Assembly (NCBI GenBank): GCA_052140165.1
Contig: JBKQUM010000138.1
Coordinates: forward strand, 1,702-65,701
DNA length: 64,000 nt
Direction: 5' to 3'
DNA from: Acidimicrobiales bacterium
GTDB lineage: Bacteria; Actinomycetota; Acidimicrobiia; Acidimicrobiales; RAAP-2
Below the pieces are notes generated by a model. The model was not told where the DNA came from, ran no database searches, and was given only the letters and a program-made list of their open reading frames with translations. Each line of letters starts with the position of its first letter. Within the stretch, counting starts at the first letter, position 1. This document shows, one piece after another, positions 18,810-30,066 of the stretch. Both the position numbers and the translations under genes were made by a program.

Positions 18810-21044
18810 TCATCCCCCGCCCGTCGTCGTGCTCGTCGTCGTGCTGGCGGCCGTCCCCGTCGTGCCCGCGGCCGGCCGGGTCGTCGTGGTGGTGGTGGTC
18901 GGCGTCCCGAACGGCGCGTTGGTCACTGGCGCGGTCAGGCTGGGCGGGCTGGCCGGCGTCGGCGTCTTGACCGTGGTGCTGATCGGGTTGGCGAGGATGT
19001 AGTTGAAGATGTTGCGCACCAGCGGCGCCGCTGCCTGGGCGCCGTAGCCGCCCTGGTCGATCACGGCGAGCACGACGTACTGCGGGTTGGGGTTGGGGCC
19101 GAAGGCGACGAACCAGCTGTTGGGCTCCTCACCCGACTGGTTCGAGGCGGTACCCGTCTTGCCGGCCAGGTTCCACGAGGCGGGGAAGCCCTGGAAGTCC
19201 GCGTAGGCCGTGCCGTGCGGACTGGAGACCACGCCCTCGAAGCCCGCCAGCATCGCCGCGTAGTTCGCCGGGGAGATGGCCACGTGCCCGGTCACCTGCG
19301 GGGTCAATTTCTTGACGACCTTGCCCGTCACCGGGTCCACGATCTCGGAGGCGACCTGGGGCGCGTACCGGGTGCCTCCGTTGGCAAAGGTCGAGTAGGC
19401 CACCGCCTGTTCGATCGGGGTGAGCACGGTCTCGCCCTGTCCGAACGCCATCTCGATGTTGTCACCGGTGAACCACGAGGCCGCGTAGGGGAACGCCTTG
19501 GGCGCCTCGGAGTGCAGCTTGGCTCGTAGGAGGTAGCTGTCGACGCGCCCCTGGGCCTCCCCGGGAAGGTCGATGCCGGTGATGGTCCCCTCGCCGTACT
19601 GCGTCGCCTCGTTCTGAACGGGTGTGTCCCCGAACTGTCCCCGGTCCGTCCAGAACATCTGGCCCAGGTTGTAGAAGAAGGAGTCGCTCGACACGGTCAG
19701 CGCGCCGGTGACGTTGTAGGTGCCACCGCTGTCGCCCGGGTCGTCGTGCAGGATGCACCCGGTGTCGTTGTTGACCCCGGGAGCGGGGCAGCCGGCGATG
19801 TGGAAGGTGCCGGTGTCGTCGTAGGGGGTGGTGGGGGTGATCAATCCGTCCTGGAGCGCGGCGGTGGCCGTGACGAGCTTGAACGTCGAACCCGGTGTGT
19901 ACTGGCCCTCGATGGCGTAGTTGTTCTCCGCGCCCGACGCCGACAGCGCGGTGTAGTTGGCCGACGAGATGCCCCCCACCCACTCGTTCAGGTCGTAGGT
20001 CGGGTACGACGCCATGGCCAGCACCTGGCCGTTCTGGGGGTTCATCACGATGGCGGCCCCGTTGGGCGCCGACGGGAGACGCCCCCCGTCCACCTGGTCG
20101 GGCGTGTGGCGGTCGGCCAGGATCTGTTGCTGCAGGTCGTTCTCCACCTCCTCCTGCAGTCCCGTGTCGATGTTGAGGACCGCGGTGTCCCCGATCTGGG
20201 GTGCCGTGGTGCTGAGGGTGCCGACGACGGTCCCGCTGGCGTCGACCGAGAGGGCCTGTCGCCCGGCGACGCCCCGGAGGTACGGCTCGTACTGCGCCTC
20301 GATGCCCGACACGCCGATCTGGCTGCCCTGGGTGTAGCCCTGGTTGGGATGGGCGGCCAGGTAGGTCGAAGAGATGTCGCCCACGTAGCCGAGGATGTGG
20401 GTGGCCGTGGTCCCGCCCTGCGGGTAGGTGCGCTGCGCCACCGTCTCCACGCTGACGCCCGGGTACTCCGACTGGTGGGTCTGGAGGAACTGCACGGTGG
20501 CGCTGGAGACCCCGACCGCGACGGGCACCGGCTCGTAGGGGCTGTACTGGTCGTTGTTGATGGACGCGGTGACCTGCTTGGGTGTCTGCCCGACGAGCGC
20601 AGCCACCATGCCGACGATCTGGGGGTTCTGTGCCGCCTCGGCGCGCGAGAGCAGGATCTCCTGCTGCGGCGTGTTCGACACCAGCACCGTCCCGTTGCGG
20701 TCGACGATCTCGCCCCGCGGCGCGGCGATGCTCACGACCCGCACCTGGTTCCGCGTGACGGCGGCGGCGTAGCTCTTGCCCTCCACCACCTGGAGCGTCC
20801 ACAGCCGCAGCACGAGGACGCCGAAGAGCAGCAGCACGATGACCCCGACGACGCGCAGCCGGAGATTGGGTCTGGACTCCTCCTCCTCGGGGGAGCCCAC
20901 GATGGACGCCACGTTGACGCTCTTGCGCGGCCGCATGCGCGGCTGGCGGGCGTCGGCGCGCCAGGAGCTGCCACGCGCCGGCCGCGTCGATGGCTTGGGG
21001 TGGAGCCGATCGCCGCGGATCGGATGGCGGAGGGTCCGCTTCAC
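18810..21044 (-). CDS. mrdA: penicillin-binding protein 2 (elongasome transpeptidase)
   Basis: N-terminal TM segment, STFK active-site motif (PGSTFK), KTGT motif (AGKTGTA), and a Thr-rich tail. Downstream of mreBCD, with a GTGA overlap with mreD. Confidence 0.9.
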   Translation of the reverse strand: MKRTLRHPIRGDRLHPKPSTRPARGSSWRADARQPRMRPRKSVNVASIVGSPEEEESRPNLRLRVVGVIVLLLFGVLVLRLWTLQVVEGKSYAAAVTRNQVRVVSIAAPRGEIVDRNGTVLVSNTPQQEILLSRAEAAQNPQIVGMVAALVGQTPKQVTASINNDQYSPYEPVPVAVGVSSATVQFLQTHQSEYPGVSVETVAQRTYPQGGTTATHILGYVGDISSTYLAAHPNQGYTQGSQIGVSGIEAQYEPYLRGVAGRQALSVDASGTVVGTLSTTAPQIGDTAVLNIDTGLQEEVENDLQQQILADRHTPDQVDGGRLPSAPNGAAIVMNPQNGQVLAMASYPTYDLNEWVGGISSANYTALSASGAENNYAIEGQYTPGSTFKLVTATAALQDGLITPTTPYDDTGTFHIAGCPAPGVNNDTGCILHDDPGDSGGTYNVTGALTVSSDSFFYNLGQMFWTDRGQFGDTPVQNEATQYGEGTITGIDLPGEAQGRVDSYLLRAKLHSEAPKAFPYAASWFTGDNIEMAFGQGETVLTPIEQAVAYSTFANGGTRYAPQVASEIVDPVTGKVVKKLTPQVTGHVAISPANYAAMLAGFEGVVSSPHGTAYADFQGFPASWNLAGKTGTASNQSGEEPNSWFVAFGPNPNPQYVVLAVIDQGGYGAQAAAPLVRNIFNYILANPISTTVKTPTPASPPSLTAPVTNAPFGTPTTTTTTTRPAAGTTGTAASTTTSTTTGGG

Positions 21045-21592
21045 CAGGCCCTGCTGCCGGCATCGGCAGAGACGAGCGAGCGACGGTTGTTCTCACCGGC
21101 CAGAGCCCACCGCATCAGGCGGTTGACGGGCAGCACGAGCACGACGCTCGAGACACCCACGACCAGGCAGACGGCCAGGAAGTCGATCTGCACCATCTGC
21201 TGTTGACCGAGAATCGCACCGAGCACGGCGAACAGCATGTCCGCTGCGACGCTCCCCGCGAGCGCGGCCACCGGCTTGAGCCACGCCGCACGCGGGTCCA
21301 CGGCCGCCGTCAGCGAACCCGTCACGAAGCCGAGCAGGCAGCCCACCAGGGCGGACAGCCCGAAGGGGGTGGGGAGCACGAGGTCGAAGGCCAGCCCGGC
21401 CCAGAAGCCCACGATGGCGCCCGTCTCGGGCCCGTCGAGCAGGGCGGCGGTGATGGGGAGCAGCCACAGGAGGTCAGGGTGGGCGCCGCCGATGCGCAAC
21501 GCGATCATCACGGTCTGCTGCACCATCACCACGACGAAGATCACCAGCGCGACCCGGACCATGGACCGGCCGGTCATGTCGGGGGCACCCAC
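21041..21592 (-). CDS. mreD: rod shape-determining protein MreD
   Basis: 183-aa polytopic membrane protein between mreC and mrdA. Confidence 0.8.
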   Translation of the reverse strand: MGAPDMTGRSMVRVALVIFVVVMVQQTVMIALRIGGAHPDLLWLLPITAALLDGPETGAIVGFWAGLAFDLVLPTPFGLSALVGCLLGFVTGSLTAAVDPRAAWLKPVAALAGSVAADMLFAVLGAILGQQQMVQIDFLAVCLVVGVSSVVLVLPVNRLMRWALAGENNRRSLVSADAGSRAW

Positions 21593-22410
21593 TGCACCAC
21601 GTCGAGGTACGCCAGCTGGCCCAGGTCGGCCTCGGGGTCGACCTCGATCGTCTCCTGGCTGGCGCCCGCGGGGGTGTGGAACGATCGCACGCTGGCCACG
21701 GGGATCCCGGGTGGGAACGCCGCCGCGTCGAGGCTGCTCGTGAACATCACCTCGCCCTTGTACAACGGCGTGTGCGGCGGCACGAGGTCGGCGGTCATGG
21801 AGCTGGACGGCCCCTGGCCGTCCACGATGCCGGTGTACTCGTTGCCCGGCCCGAACGTGACGCCGACCTTGGACTGGCCGTCGGTGATGAGGCGCACGAC
21901 CGACGTGTGGTGGAACGACTGGATCACCTGCCCCACGAGGCCGCCCGCGCCGACGACGGGGTAGCCGACGTCGACCCCGTCGGCACGGCCCTTGTCGAGC
22001 GTGATGGTGGCGGTGAAGTTGGAGGAGTACTCGTCGATCGTCTGCGCCGTCACGGTCGTCAGCGACTGCAGGAAGGGCAGGTTCTGCAGCGCCATCAGCT
22101 GGCGCAACTGGTTGTCCTCGAACCCGCGCTCGGCCTGAGCGGCCCGCAACTGACCGATCGTCTGCTGCAGCTGCTCGTTCTGGACCTGCACCGATCCGTA
22201 GTTGAACGCGCCGGCGAAGAAGTCGCCGATGGGGCTGATGATGTCGAGGGTGCCCTGGCGCAACGGAGCGTAGACGTCGTTGGCCACCGACTTGACCCCC
22301 GAGGTGACGCTGTGCGTCCGCCCGTTGAGGTCGAGGGAGATCAGGGACAGCGAGAGGACGACGAGAATGATGACCGTGAGGGTGCGGCGCGACCGCCGGG
22401 ACCGGGCCAC
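21574..22410 (-). CDS. mreC: rod shape-determining protein MreC
   Basis: N-terminal TM segment, a coiled-coil (QLRAAQAERG), and a beta-barrel region (VVGAGGLVGQV). Downstream of mreB. Confidence 0.88.
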   Translation of the reverse strand: MARSRRSRRTLTVIILVVLSLSLISLDLNGRTHSVTSGVKSVANDVYAPLRQGTLDIISPIGDFFAGAFNYGSVQVQNEQLQQTIGQLRAAQAERGFEDNQLRQLMALQNLPFLQSLTTVTAQTIDEYSSNFTATITLDKGRADGVDVGYPVVGAGGLVGQVIQSFHHTSVVRLITDGQSKVGVTFGPGNEYTGIVDGQGPSSSMTADLVPPHTPLYKGEVMFTSSLDAAAFPPGIPVASVRSFHTPAGASQETIEVDPEADLGQLAYLDVVQWVPPT

Positions 22411-22432
22411 CCAGAGGAAACCGGTCGCTCGG

Positions 22433-23464
22433 TCAGCGCGTGGAAGTGGTGATCAGCACCCGCTTCAACGCCTCGAACTCTTCCAGGCACTGGCCGCTGC
22501 CGATGGCCACGCAGTTCAAGGGGTCCCGGGCCACCACGATGGGCATGCCGGTCTCGTGCTGCAGGCGCGACTCCAGCCCGTGCAGCAGGGCGCCGCCGCC
22601 GGTGAGCACGATCCCCTGCTCCATGATGTCGGCCGCCAGCTCGGGCGGGGTCCGGTCGAGGGTGACCTTGACGGCGTCGATGATGGCGGACACCGGCTCC
22701 TCGATCGCCCGCCGGATCTCCTCGGTGGACACGACGATGGTCTTGGGGAGACCGCTGACGAGGTCGCGGCCGCGGATCTCGGCGTGCAGCTCCTGCTCGA
22801 GCGGATACGCCGACCCCAGCGTGATCTTGATCTCCTCCGCCGTGCGCTCGCCCAGCGCGAGGCTGAACTCCTTCTTGACGAACGACACGATGGCCTCGTC
22901 GAGCTCGTCGCCGCCGATGCGCACCGACTGGCTCGTGACGATGCCGCCGAGAGAGATGACGGCGACCTCCGTCGTCCCACCGCCGATGTCGACCACCATG
23001 TTCCCCGTCGGCTCGTGCACCGGGAGGCCGGCGCCGATGGCGGCGGCCATCGGCTCCTCGATGATGTAGGCCCGGCGCGCGCCGGCATACTCGGCCGCCT
23101 CCATGACGGCGCGGCGCTCCACGCCCGTGATGCCCGACGGCACGCAGATGACCATGCGCGGCTTGGCGAAACGCCGCTGGTGCACCCGGTGGATGAAGTA
23201 GCGCAGCATCTTCTCGCAAATCTCGAAGTCGGCGATGACGCCGTCCTTGAGGGGCCGGATGGCCTGGATGTTCGACGGCGTGCGGCCGATCATCCGCTTG
23301 GCCTCCGCCCCCACCGCCAGTGGTCGGCCGTCCTTGATGTCGACGGCGACGACCGAAGGCTCGTTCAGGACGATGCCGCGGCCGCGGACGTACACCAGCG
23401 TGTTGGCGGTACCGAGGTCGACGGCCATGTCACGACCAAGGAGGGAAAGGCGGTTTTCGGCCAT
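22433..23464 (-). CDS. mreB: rod shape-determining protein MreB
   Basis: [14 protein letters not shown] and the actin-like ATPase motif [13 protein letters not shown]. The start is trimmed to ATG 23464. Confidence 0.96.
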   Translation of the reverse strand: MAENRLSLLGRDMAVDLGTANTLVYVRGRGIVLNEPSVVAVDIKDGRPLAVGAEAKRMIGRTPSNIQAIRPLKDGVIADFEICEKMLRYFIHRVHQRRFAKPRMVICVPSGITGVERRAVMEAAEYAGARRAYIIEEPMAAAIGAGLPVHEPTGNMVVDIGGGTTEVAVISLGGIVTSQSVRIGGDELDEAIVSFVKKEFSLALGERTAEEIKITLGSAYPLEQELHAEIRGRDLVSGLPKTIVVSTEEIRRAIEEPVSAIIDAVKVTLDRTPPELAADIMEQGIVLTGGGALLHGLESRLQHETGMPIVVARDPLNCVAIGSGQCLEEFEALKRVLITTSTR

Positions 23465-23629
23465 AGCTGGAAGTCTCCCGAGGGAATTCTGGACGGATGC
23501 CGGGCAGTGGCGCCCGTGGTGGTGCGTCCACAGGCTACGGGACTGGAGGGGTGTCCACAAGGCGGTCGGGCTGCTACACCCATCTGACCTGGGATTCCGG
23601 TCGGCCCTCCCGGCTCCGCCCGGGATGGC

Positions 23630-24046
23630 CTACGAAGCCGCCAGACCGGGGAAGAAGAGGGCGATCTCCCGCGCCGCGGACTCGTGCGAGTCGGACCCGT
23701 GGACGAGGTTCTCGGTCGTCTCGATCCCGAATTCGCCGCGGATCGTGCCTGGCGCCGCCTCCGCCGGATTCGTGGTGCCCATCATGAGACGCACCACGGC
23801 GTAGGTGTCCTCGGGGCCTTCGACCACCATGACGAGCGAGGGCGACCGCGTGATGAAGGTGACCAGGTCCCCGAAGAACGGCCGCTCACGGTGCTCGGCG
23901 TAGTGGGTTTCGGCCACCTCCTTGGTGATCGTCCGGAGCTCGGCTGCGACCAGGCGGAGGTTCTTGCGCTCCAGGCGGCTGACGATCTCGCCGGCGAGCC
24001 CACGCTCGACGCCGTCGGGCTTCACGATGACAAGGGTGCGGTCCAC
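23630..24046 (-). CDS. ndk: nucleoside diphosphate kinase
   Basis: [11 protein letters not shown], and the active-site NLVHGSDS. Confidence 0.96.
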   Translation of the reverse strand: MDRTLVIVKPDGVERGLAGEIVSRLERKNLRLVAAELRTITKEVAETHYAEHRERPFFGDLVTFITRSPSLVMVVEGPEDTYAVVRLMMGTTNPAEAAPGTIRGEFGIETTENLVHGSDSHESAAREIALFFPGLAAS

Positions 24047-24091
24047 GAGGGGTCGACACTACACAACGGCACCTGGGCGGTCCGCCCGTCC

Positions 24092-25450
24092 TCAGCGACC
24101 CGCGTCCTCCCAGGGAACGGACGAGGCGAGCGCGTCGGCGCGTGCCGTGCCCACGACGTAGAGCGATCCGGCGACCACGACGAGCCCGTCGGCCCCGACC
24201 ATCCCGCGCGCCACCCGCAGTGCGGCGCGCACGTCCGGCTCCTCGTAGACGGCCAGTCCGAGTGCGCGTCCCGCTTCCGCGACCGCGGCGACCGGCATGG
24301 CGCGCGGCGACTCGGGCTCGCAGGCGATGACCGCCGTGATGCCCGCGGACGCGAGCGGCGCCAGCATGGCGGAAGGGTCGCGACCCGAGAGCATCCCCAC
24401 CACGGCCACGGACGCCCCGTCGACCGCGAACTCCTCCGTGAGCGCGTCCGCCAACGCGGCCATGCCCGCTGCATTGTGCGCGCCGTCGACCAGCAGCAAA
24501 GGCCGACGGCCCAGGACCTCCAGGCGCCCCGGCACGCGCACGGCGGCCAGCCCCTCCTCCACCACCTCGGGGGTGAGTGCGTCGCCGAAGAACGCCTCCA
24601 CCGCGGCGGTGGCCACGGACGCGTTGACGCCCTGGTGGGCGCCGTGCAGAGGGACCAGCACGTCCTCGTAGCGCCCGCCCGGTGTCCACAGCGTGACGAG
24701 ACGCCCCCCCACGGCCACCCGGTTGGACTCGCAGCCGAAGTCGCGGCCCGCGATCCACACCGAGGCCGCACCGACCGCCTCGGCCCGCTCGACCACGATG
24801 TCGACCAGCTCGGGGTCCATCCCCCCCACCACCACCCGGCTGCCGGGCTCGATGATGCCCGCCTTGTCCGCCGCGATCCCCTCGAGGGTGGGACCCAGGA
24901 CGTCGGTGTGGTCGAAGCTGACGTTGGTGAGCACCGCCACGTCGCCGTGCACCACGTTGGTACAGTCCCACGTCCCACCCAGCCCCACCTCTATCACCAT
25001 GCTGTCGACCGCCTCGGTGGCGAACCACGACAGGGCGGCCGCGGTCAGCAGCTCGAAGCGCGTCGGGTGCTCGTCGAGCAGCGGTTCCAGCAGCGCCAGC
25101 TCGGTGAGGACGGCCGTCAGCGACTCGTCGTCGATCGCCTCTCCGTTGCGGGCCAGGCGTTCCGCCACCGTGTGCAGGTTGGGGCTGGTGTAGGTCCCGA
25201 CGCTCAGGCCCTTGGCCAAGAGGAGCGCGGTGGCCATGGCCGAGGTCGACCCCTTGCCGTTGGTGCCGGTGATGTGGATGGAGGGGATGTCGTCCTGGGG
25301 CTCGCCGAGGAGCGCCGTCAGGGCGCGCACGCGGTCGAGCGTCGGCAGCGCACGGCGCCGCGGCATGTTCGCCTCGAAGTCGACGTGGGCGTCGAGCCAT
25401 GCGAGCGCGTCGTCGAGCCCGTCGAAGGGCGACTGCACCGGCTGCGCCAC
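24092..25450 (-). CDS. folC: bifunctional folylpolyglutamate synthase / dihydrofolate synthase
   Basis: Mur-ligase P-loop [11 protein letters not shown] and FolC layout. The start is uncertain. GTG 25450 was chosen because the longer ORF would overlap clpX by more than 100 nt. Confidence 0.83.
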   Translation of the reverse strand: MAQPVQSPFDGLDDALAWLDAHVDFEANMPRRRALPTLDRVRALTALLGEPQDDIPSIHITGTNGKGSTSAMATALLLAKGLSVGTYTSPNLHTVAERLARNGEAIDDESLTAVLTELALLEPLLDEHPTRFELLTAAALSWFATEAVDSMVIEVGLGGTWDCTNVVHGDVAVLTNVSFDHTDVLGPTLEGIAADKAGIIEPGSRVVVGGMDPELVDIVVERAEAVGAASVWIAGRDFGCESNRVAVGGRLVTLWTPGGRYEDVLVPLHGAHQGVNASVATAAVEAFFGDALTPEVVEEGLAAVRVPGRLEVLGRRPLLLVDGAHNAAGMAALADALTEEFAVDGASVAVVGMLSGRDPSAMLAPLASAGITAVIACEPESPRAMPVAAVAEAGRALGLAVYEEPDVRAALRVARGMVGADGLVVVAGSLYVVGTARADALASSVPWEDAGR

Positions 25451-25476
25451 GGCGACCGGCTCCGGTCCCGGTTCGG

Positions 25477-26754
<1,278 letters not shown>

Positions 26755-26787
26755 CAGATCGCTTCTCCCGTCCCTTGTCCGATGGTC

Positions 26788-27435
26788 CTATGCGGCGCCG
26801 ATGGCCTCGAGGGAGGCCACGTTGCGGGCCGTGATGACCTCGTCGATGATGCCGTAGGTCACCGCCTCCTCCGCCGTCATGATGAAGTCACGGTCGGTGT
26901 CCTGGGCGACCTTCTCCTGCGTCTGCCCCGTGTCCTCGGCGAGCATGCCCGAGAGCAGGTCGCGCATGCGGAGGATCTCCTTGGCCTGCAGCTCGATGTC
27001 GCTGGCCTGCCCCTCCACGCCGCCCCAGGGCTGGTGCAGCAGGACCCGCGCGTGCGGCAGCGCGAAGCGCTTGCCCTTGGCCCCGGCCGCCAGCAGCACC
27101 GCCGCCGCCGACGCCGCCTGACCGAAGCAGAAGGTGGACACGTCGGCCTTGATGAACTTGAGCGTGTCGTAGATGGCGAAGAGCGCCGTGATCTCACCGC
27201 CGGGCGAGTTGATGTAGAGATGGATGTCCTTGTCGGGCTCCTCGGACTCGAGGAAGAGCATCTGGGCGCAGATCAGGTTCGCCACCGCGTCGTCGACCGG
27301 CGTGCCGAGGAAGATGATCCGCTCCCGCAGCAGGCGTGAGTAGAGGTCGTAGGCGCGCTCACCGCGGTTGGACGACTCGATCACGGTGGGAACCAGGTAG
27401 TTGTAGGCCTTCATGCGGTCCCCCGGATTCTGCAT
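26788..27435 (-). CDS. clpP: ATP-dependent Clp protease proteolytic subunit
   Basis: [11 protein letters not shown] and the catalytic Ser context [11 protein letters not shown]. The start is trimmed to ATG 27435, 2 nt after the tig stop. Confidence 0.95.
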   Translation of the reverse strand: MQNPGDRMKAYNYLVPTVIESSNRGERAYDLYSRLLRERIIFLGTPVDDAVANLICAQMLFLESEEPDKDIHLYINSPGGEITALFAIYDTLKFIKADVSTFCFGQAASAAAVLLAAGAKGKRFALPHARVLLHQPWGGVEGQASDIELQAKEILRMRDLLSGMLAEDTGQTQEKVAQDTDRDFIMTAEEAVTYGIIDEVITARNVASLEAIGAA

Positions 27436-27437
27436 CG

Positions 27438-28799
27438 TCACTCGTTCTCCTCGCTCTGCTCGGCCTCGCCGTCCTTCGACGCATCGGCTCGGAGGTCGTC
27501 CCGTGACATCGGGTTCCCCTCTTCGTCGAAGAGCTCCACGTGGTCGAGCAGCCACTCCAGTGCCTTACCCTTGCGCAGCTCCGAGCGTACCGCGCCGGTC
27601 CGGCCGGCGGTGTCGAGTTGCCGGCGCAGCTCGGCCGAGGTGGTCCCCATGCTCTCGGCCATCTTGTCCACTTCGGCATCGAGCTCGCCGTCACTGAGCG
27701 AAAGCTCCTCGGCCTCCACCAGGGCGCGAAGTGCCAGGTCGGCCTTCACGGCCGCCTGCGAGTCCACACGCACGGCCGCTAGCAGCTCGTCGGGTGACGT
27801 GCCCGTGGCCTGGAAGTACTCGGCCAGGCCGAGCTTCTGGGCCTCCAGCCTGTGCTGCAGGTCGTGCAGCCGCTCGTTGACCTCGGCGTCCACCAGGACC
27901 TCGGGAACGTCCTCGTCGGAGACGAGCCCCGCCACCGCCTCGATGGTCTTCTGGCGCAGCGCCATCTGGCTCTGCATGAGCTTCACGCGCCCGATGCGGT
28001 CGGCAATGTCGGCTCGCAGCTCGGCCACCGTCGAGAATTCGGAGCTCTCGGCCGCCCATTCGTCGTTCGCCTCGGGCAGCCTCTTGACCTTGACCTCCTT
28101 GACGAGCACCCGGAAGGCCACGTTCTCCTCGGGGGTGTTCGGGTTCGGCGCGTCGAAGGCGAGGATGGCGCCGGCCTTGGCGCCGTGGAGCTCCGCATCG
28201 AGCTCGGAGACGATCGACGCGGAGCCGACCTCGTAGAGGAAGTCGTCGACACCCACCACCTCCGCGCCGGTGGCGTCCTTGCCGTGGAGGTCGATGGTCA
28301 CCAGGTCGCCGTCGATGGCGGGGCGCTCCACGACGTCGAGCTCCGCGTCGTTCTCGCGCAGCCGGTCGAGCTGGCGCTGCACGTCCTCCTCGCTCACCGC
28401 CAATCCGGGCAGTGTGACCTGGAGACCGTCGTAGCCGGGGATGGCGACGAGCGGGCGCACCTGCACGACGGCGTCGAAGGAGACGGCACCGCCGTCCTCG
28501 CCGCCGGTGATGTCGATCTCGGGCTGCGCGATCGGGTCGAGCTCGGTGTCGACGACGGCGCGGGCGTAGAAGTCCGGCAGCGACTCGCGCAGCGCCTCGG
28601 CGCGCAGCGCGCCGGCGCCGCCCATGCGGGCCTCGAGCACCTTGCGCGGCACCTTGCCGGGGCGGAAGCCCGGCACGCGCACCTGCTGGGCGAGCGACCG
28701 CACGACGTCGCCCAGGGCTCGGTCGAACTCGAGTTCGTCGATCTCCACGCTCAGGCGGACGAGGTTCCCCTCCAGTGGCTCTGCAGTGGCACGCATCAC
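27438..28799 (-). CDS. tig: trigger factor
   Basis: The N-terminal ribosome-binding motif region ([17 protein letters not shown]), 453 aa, and its position upstream of clpP-clpX. Confidence 0.93.
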   Translation of the reverse strand: MMRATAEPLEGNLVRLSVEIDELEFDRALGDVVRSLAQQVRVPGFRPGKVPRKVLEARMGGAGALRAEALRESLPDFYARAVVDTELDPIAQPEIDITGGEDGGAVSFDAVVQVRPLVAIPGYDGLQVTLPGLAVSEEDVQRQLDRLRENDAELDVVERPAIDGDLVTIDLHGKDATGAEVVGVDDFLYEVGSASIVSELDAELHGAKAGAILAFDAPNPNTPEENVAFRVLVKEVKVKRLPEANDEWAAESSEFSTVAELRADIADRIGRVKLMQSQMALRQKTIEAVAGLVSDEDVPEVLVDAEVNERLHDLQHRLEAQKLGLAEYFQATGTSPDELLAAVRVDSQAAVKADLALRALVEAEELSLSDGELDAEVDKMAESMGTTSAELRRQLDTAGRTGAVRSELRKGKALEWLLDHVELFDEEGNPMSRDDLRADASKDGEAEQSEENE

Positions 28800-28893
28800 G
28801 AGCCGATCACTCTACCGGGCACCGGACGCCTCCCCGGCCGCTCCGGCCCGCTGGCGAGCGCGGGCGCCGGACGGGACACGGGGGCGTCCCTGC

Positions 28894-29700
28894 CTAGAAC
28901 ATGAAGTTCATTGCGCCGAGGACACGGCGACCGACCGCCGCGTCCCCGGTCATCTCGACCCCGCCTGCGGCCTCCACCTGTGCCGCCGAGGCCCGGCCGC
29001 AGCCGAGGCGTGTGAAGTCGATGCTCGACAGCGAGAGGTTGACCACCGGGTCGACGTCGTCCCCGACGGGACGGGCCCGTCCGCCCTCGACTGCGATCGT
29101 GAAGGCGCGCGCGTCGCGTCCGGGTCCCGAGACGTCGAAGCGGATCGCGGTGCCCTCGGGACAGCCGGCCTGCTTGCCGACGACGAACGGCATGGCGCCC
29201 TGCACGCGGTCGAGCGAGAGGCACGAGGCCCGGTTCCCGCTCCCACCCGGGCGGTCCAGGGCGCGCCGGGCATCCTGCTCGTGGACCCAGCTGTCGAAGG
29301 CCCGCACCTCCATGAACACCGCGTAGGGCACCTCGCCCACCGGGCTCCATCCGACGGCGGCCCACTCGTCGTCGCTGCGCCGCTCCAGCTCGGCCAGGCG
29401 GGCGCGGGTGACCTCCAGGAACTCGGTGCGGACGAGGGAGCCGGGCAGCGGCCGCCGGACGGCGACCCAGCGCTCGTTCATGGCGGCCACGTCGTTGCGC
29501 ACGTGCGGCCCGGGCGGGCCGTCCCACTCCGGTGCGGCCTCTCCCAGGAGGGAGCGCTCTATCCCGATCAGATGGGAGAGCTGGTCCTTGACGTCCCAGC
29601 CCGGGCACTCCGTCGGCAGCGCCCACTCGGTGGCCGACAGCTGGTCGCAGGCCTCCGCCAGGGAACCCCAGGTCTCGGCCAGCGCGGCCCTCGCCTCCAT
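28894..29700 (-). CDS. DinB-fold, maleylpyruvate-isomerase-family (mycothiol-dependent type) protein
   Basis: N-terminal WALPTECPGWDVKDQLSHLIG is typical of the actinobacterial TIGR03083-like family. The start is trimmed to ATG 29700. Confidence 0.7.
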   Translation of the reverse strand: MEARAALAETWGSLAEACDQLSATEWALPTECPGWDVKDQLSHLIGIERSLLGEAAPEWDGPPGPHVRNDVAAMNERWVAVRRPLPGSLVRTEFLEVTRARLAELERRSDDEWAAVGWSPVGEVPYAVFMEVRAFDSWVHEQDARRALDRPGGSGNRASCLSLDRVQGAMPFVVGKQAGCPEGTAIRFDVSGPGRDARAFTIAVEGGRARPVGDDVDPVVNLSLSSIDFTRLGCGRASAAQVEAAGGVEMTGDAAVGRRVLGAMNFMF

Positions 29701-29864
29701 CCCCTGTTGTCCCCATCCACCGTCCTGACCTGCATGGTTGCCGCTCACGAGGCCGACAGTACCCTCGTCCGGCCGTGTCGGTCGTGTGACCATCCCCCAT
29801 TTCGCGTGAACCCCCCGCTACGTTCGACAGCCGTCCAGGGCCATCACCGACCAGAGGAGTTGCC

Positions 29865-30020
29865 ATGGCTAACTACGAGGGATACTGCGTGAAGTGCCGG
29901 GAGAAGCGTGAGTTCGACGGCCAGGAAGTCGAGCTGGCCAACGGGCGCCGAGCCGCCCAGGGCACGTGCCCGGTCTGCGGCACCAAGATGAACCGGATCC
30001 TGGGCAAAGCCAAGGTCTGA
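29865..30020 (+). CDS. small zinc-ribbon protein (DUF5679-like), 51 aa
   Basis: Not in the ORF track because it is shorter than 60 aa. ATG is preceded by GAGGAG 5 nt upstream. Sequence is MANYEGYCVKCREKREFDGQEVELANGRRAAQGTCPVCGTKMNRILGKAKV, with two CxxC pairs. Confidence 0.6.
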   Translation: MANYEGYCVKCREKREFDGQEVELANGRRAAQGTCPVCGTKMNRILGKAKV

Positions 30021-30066
30021 ACCGGCCTGCCACGCCGGCGGGCGAGCACGCCGCCGGCGTGAGACG

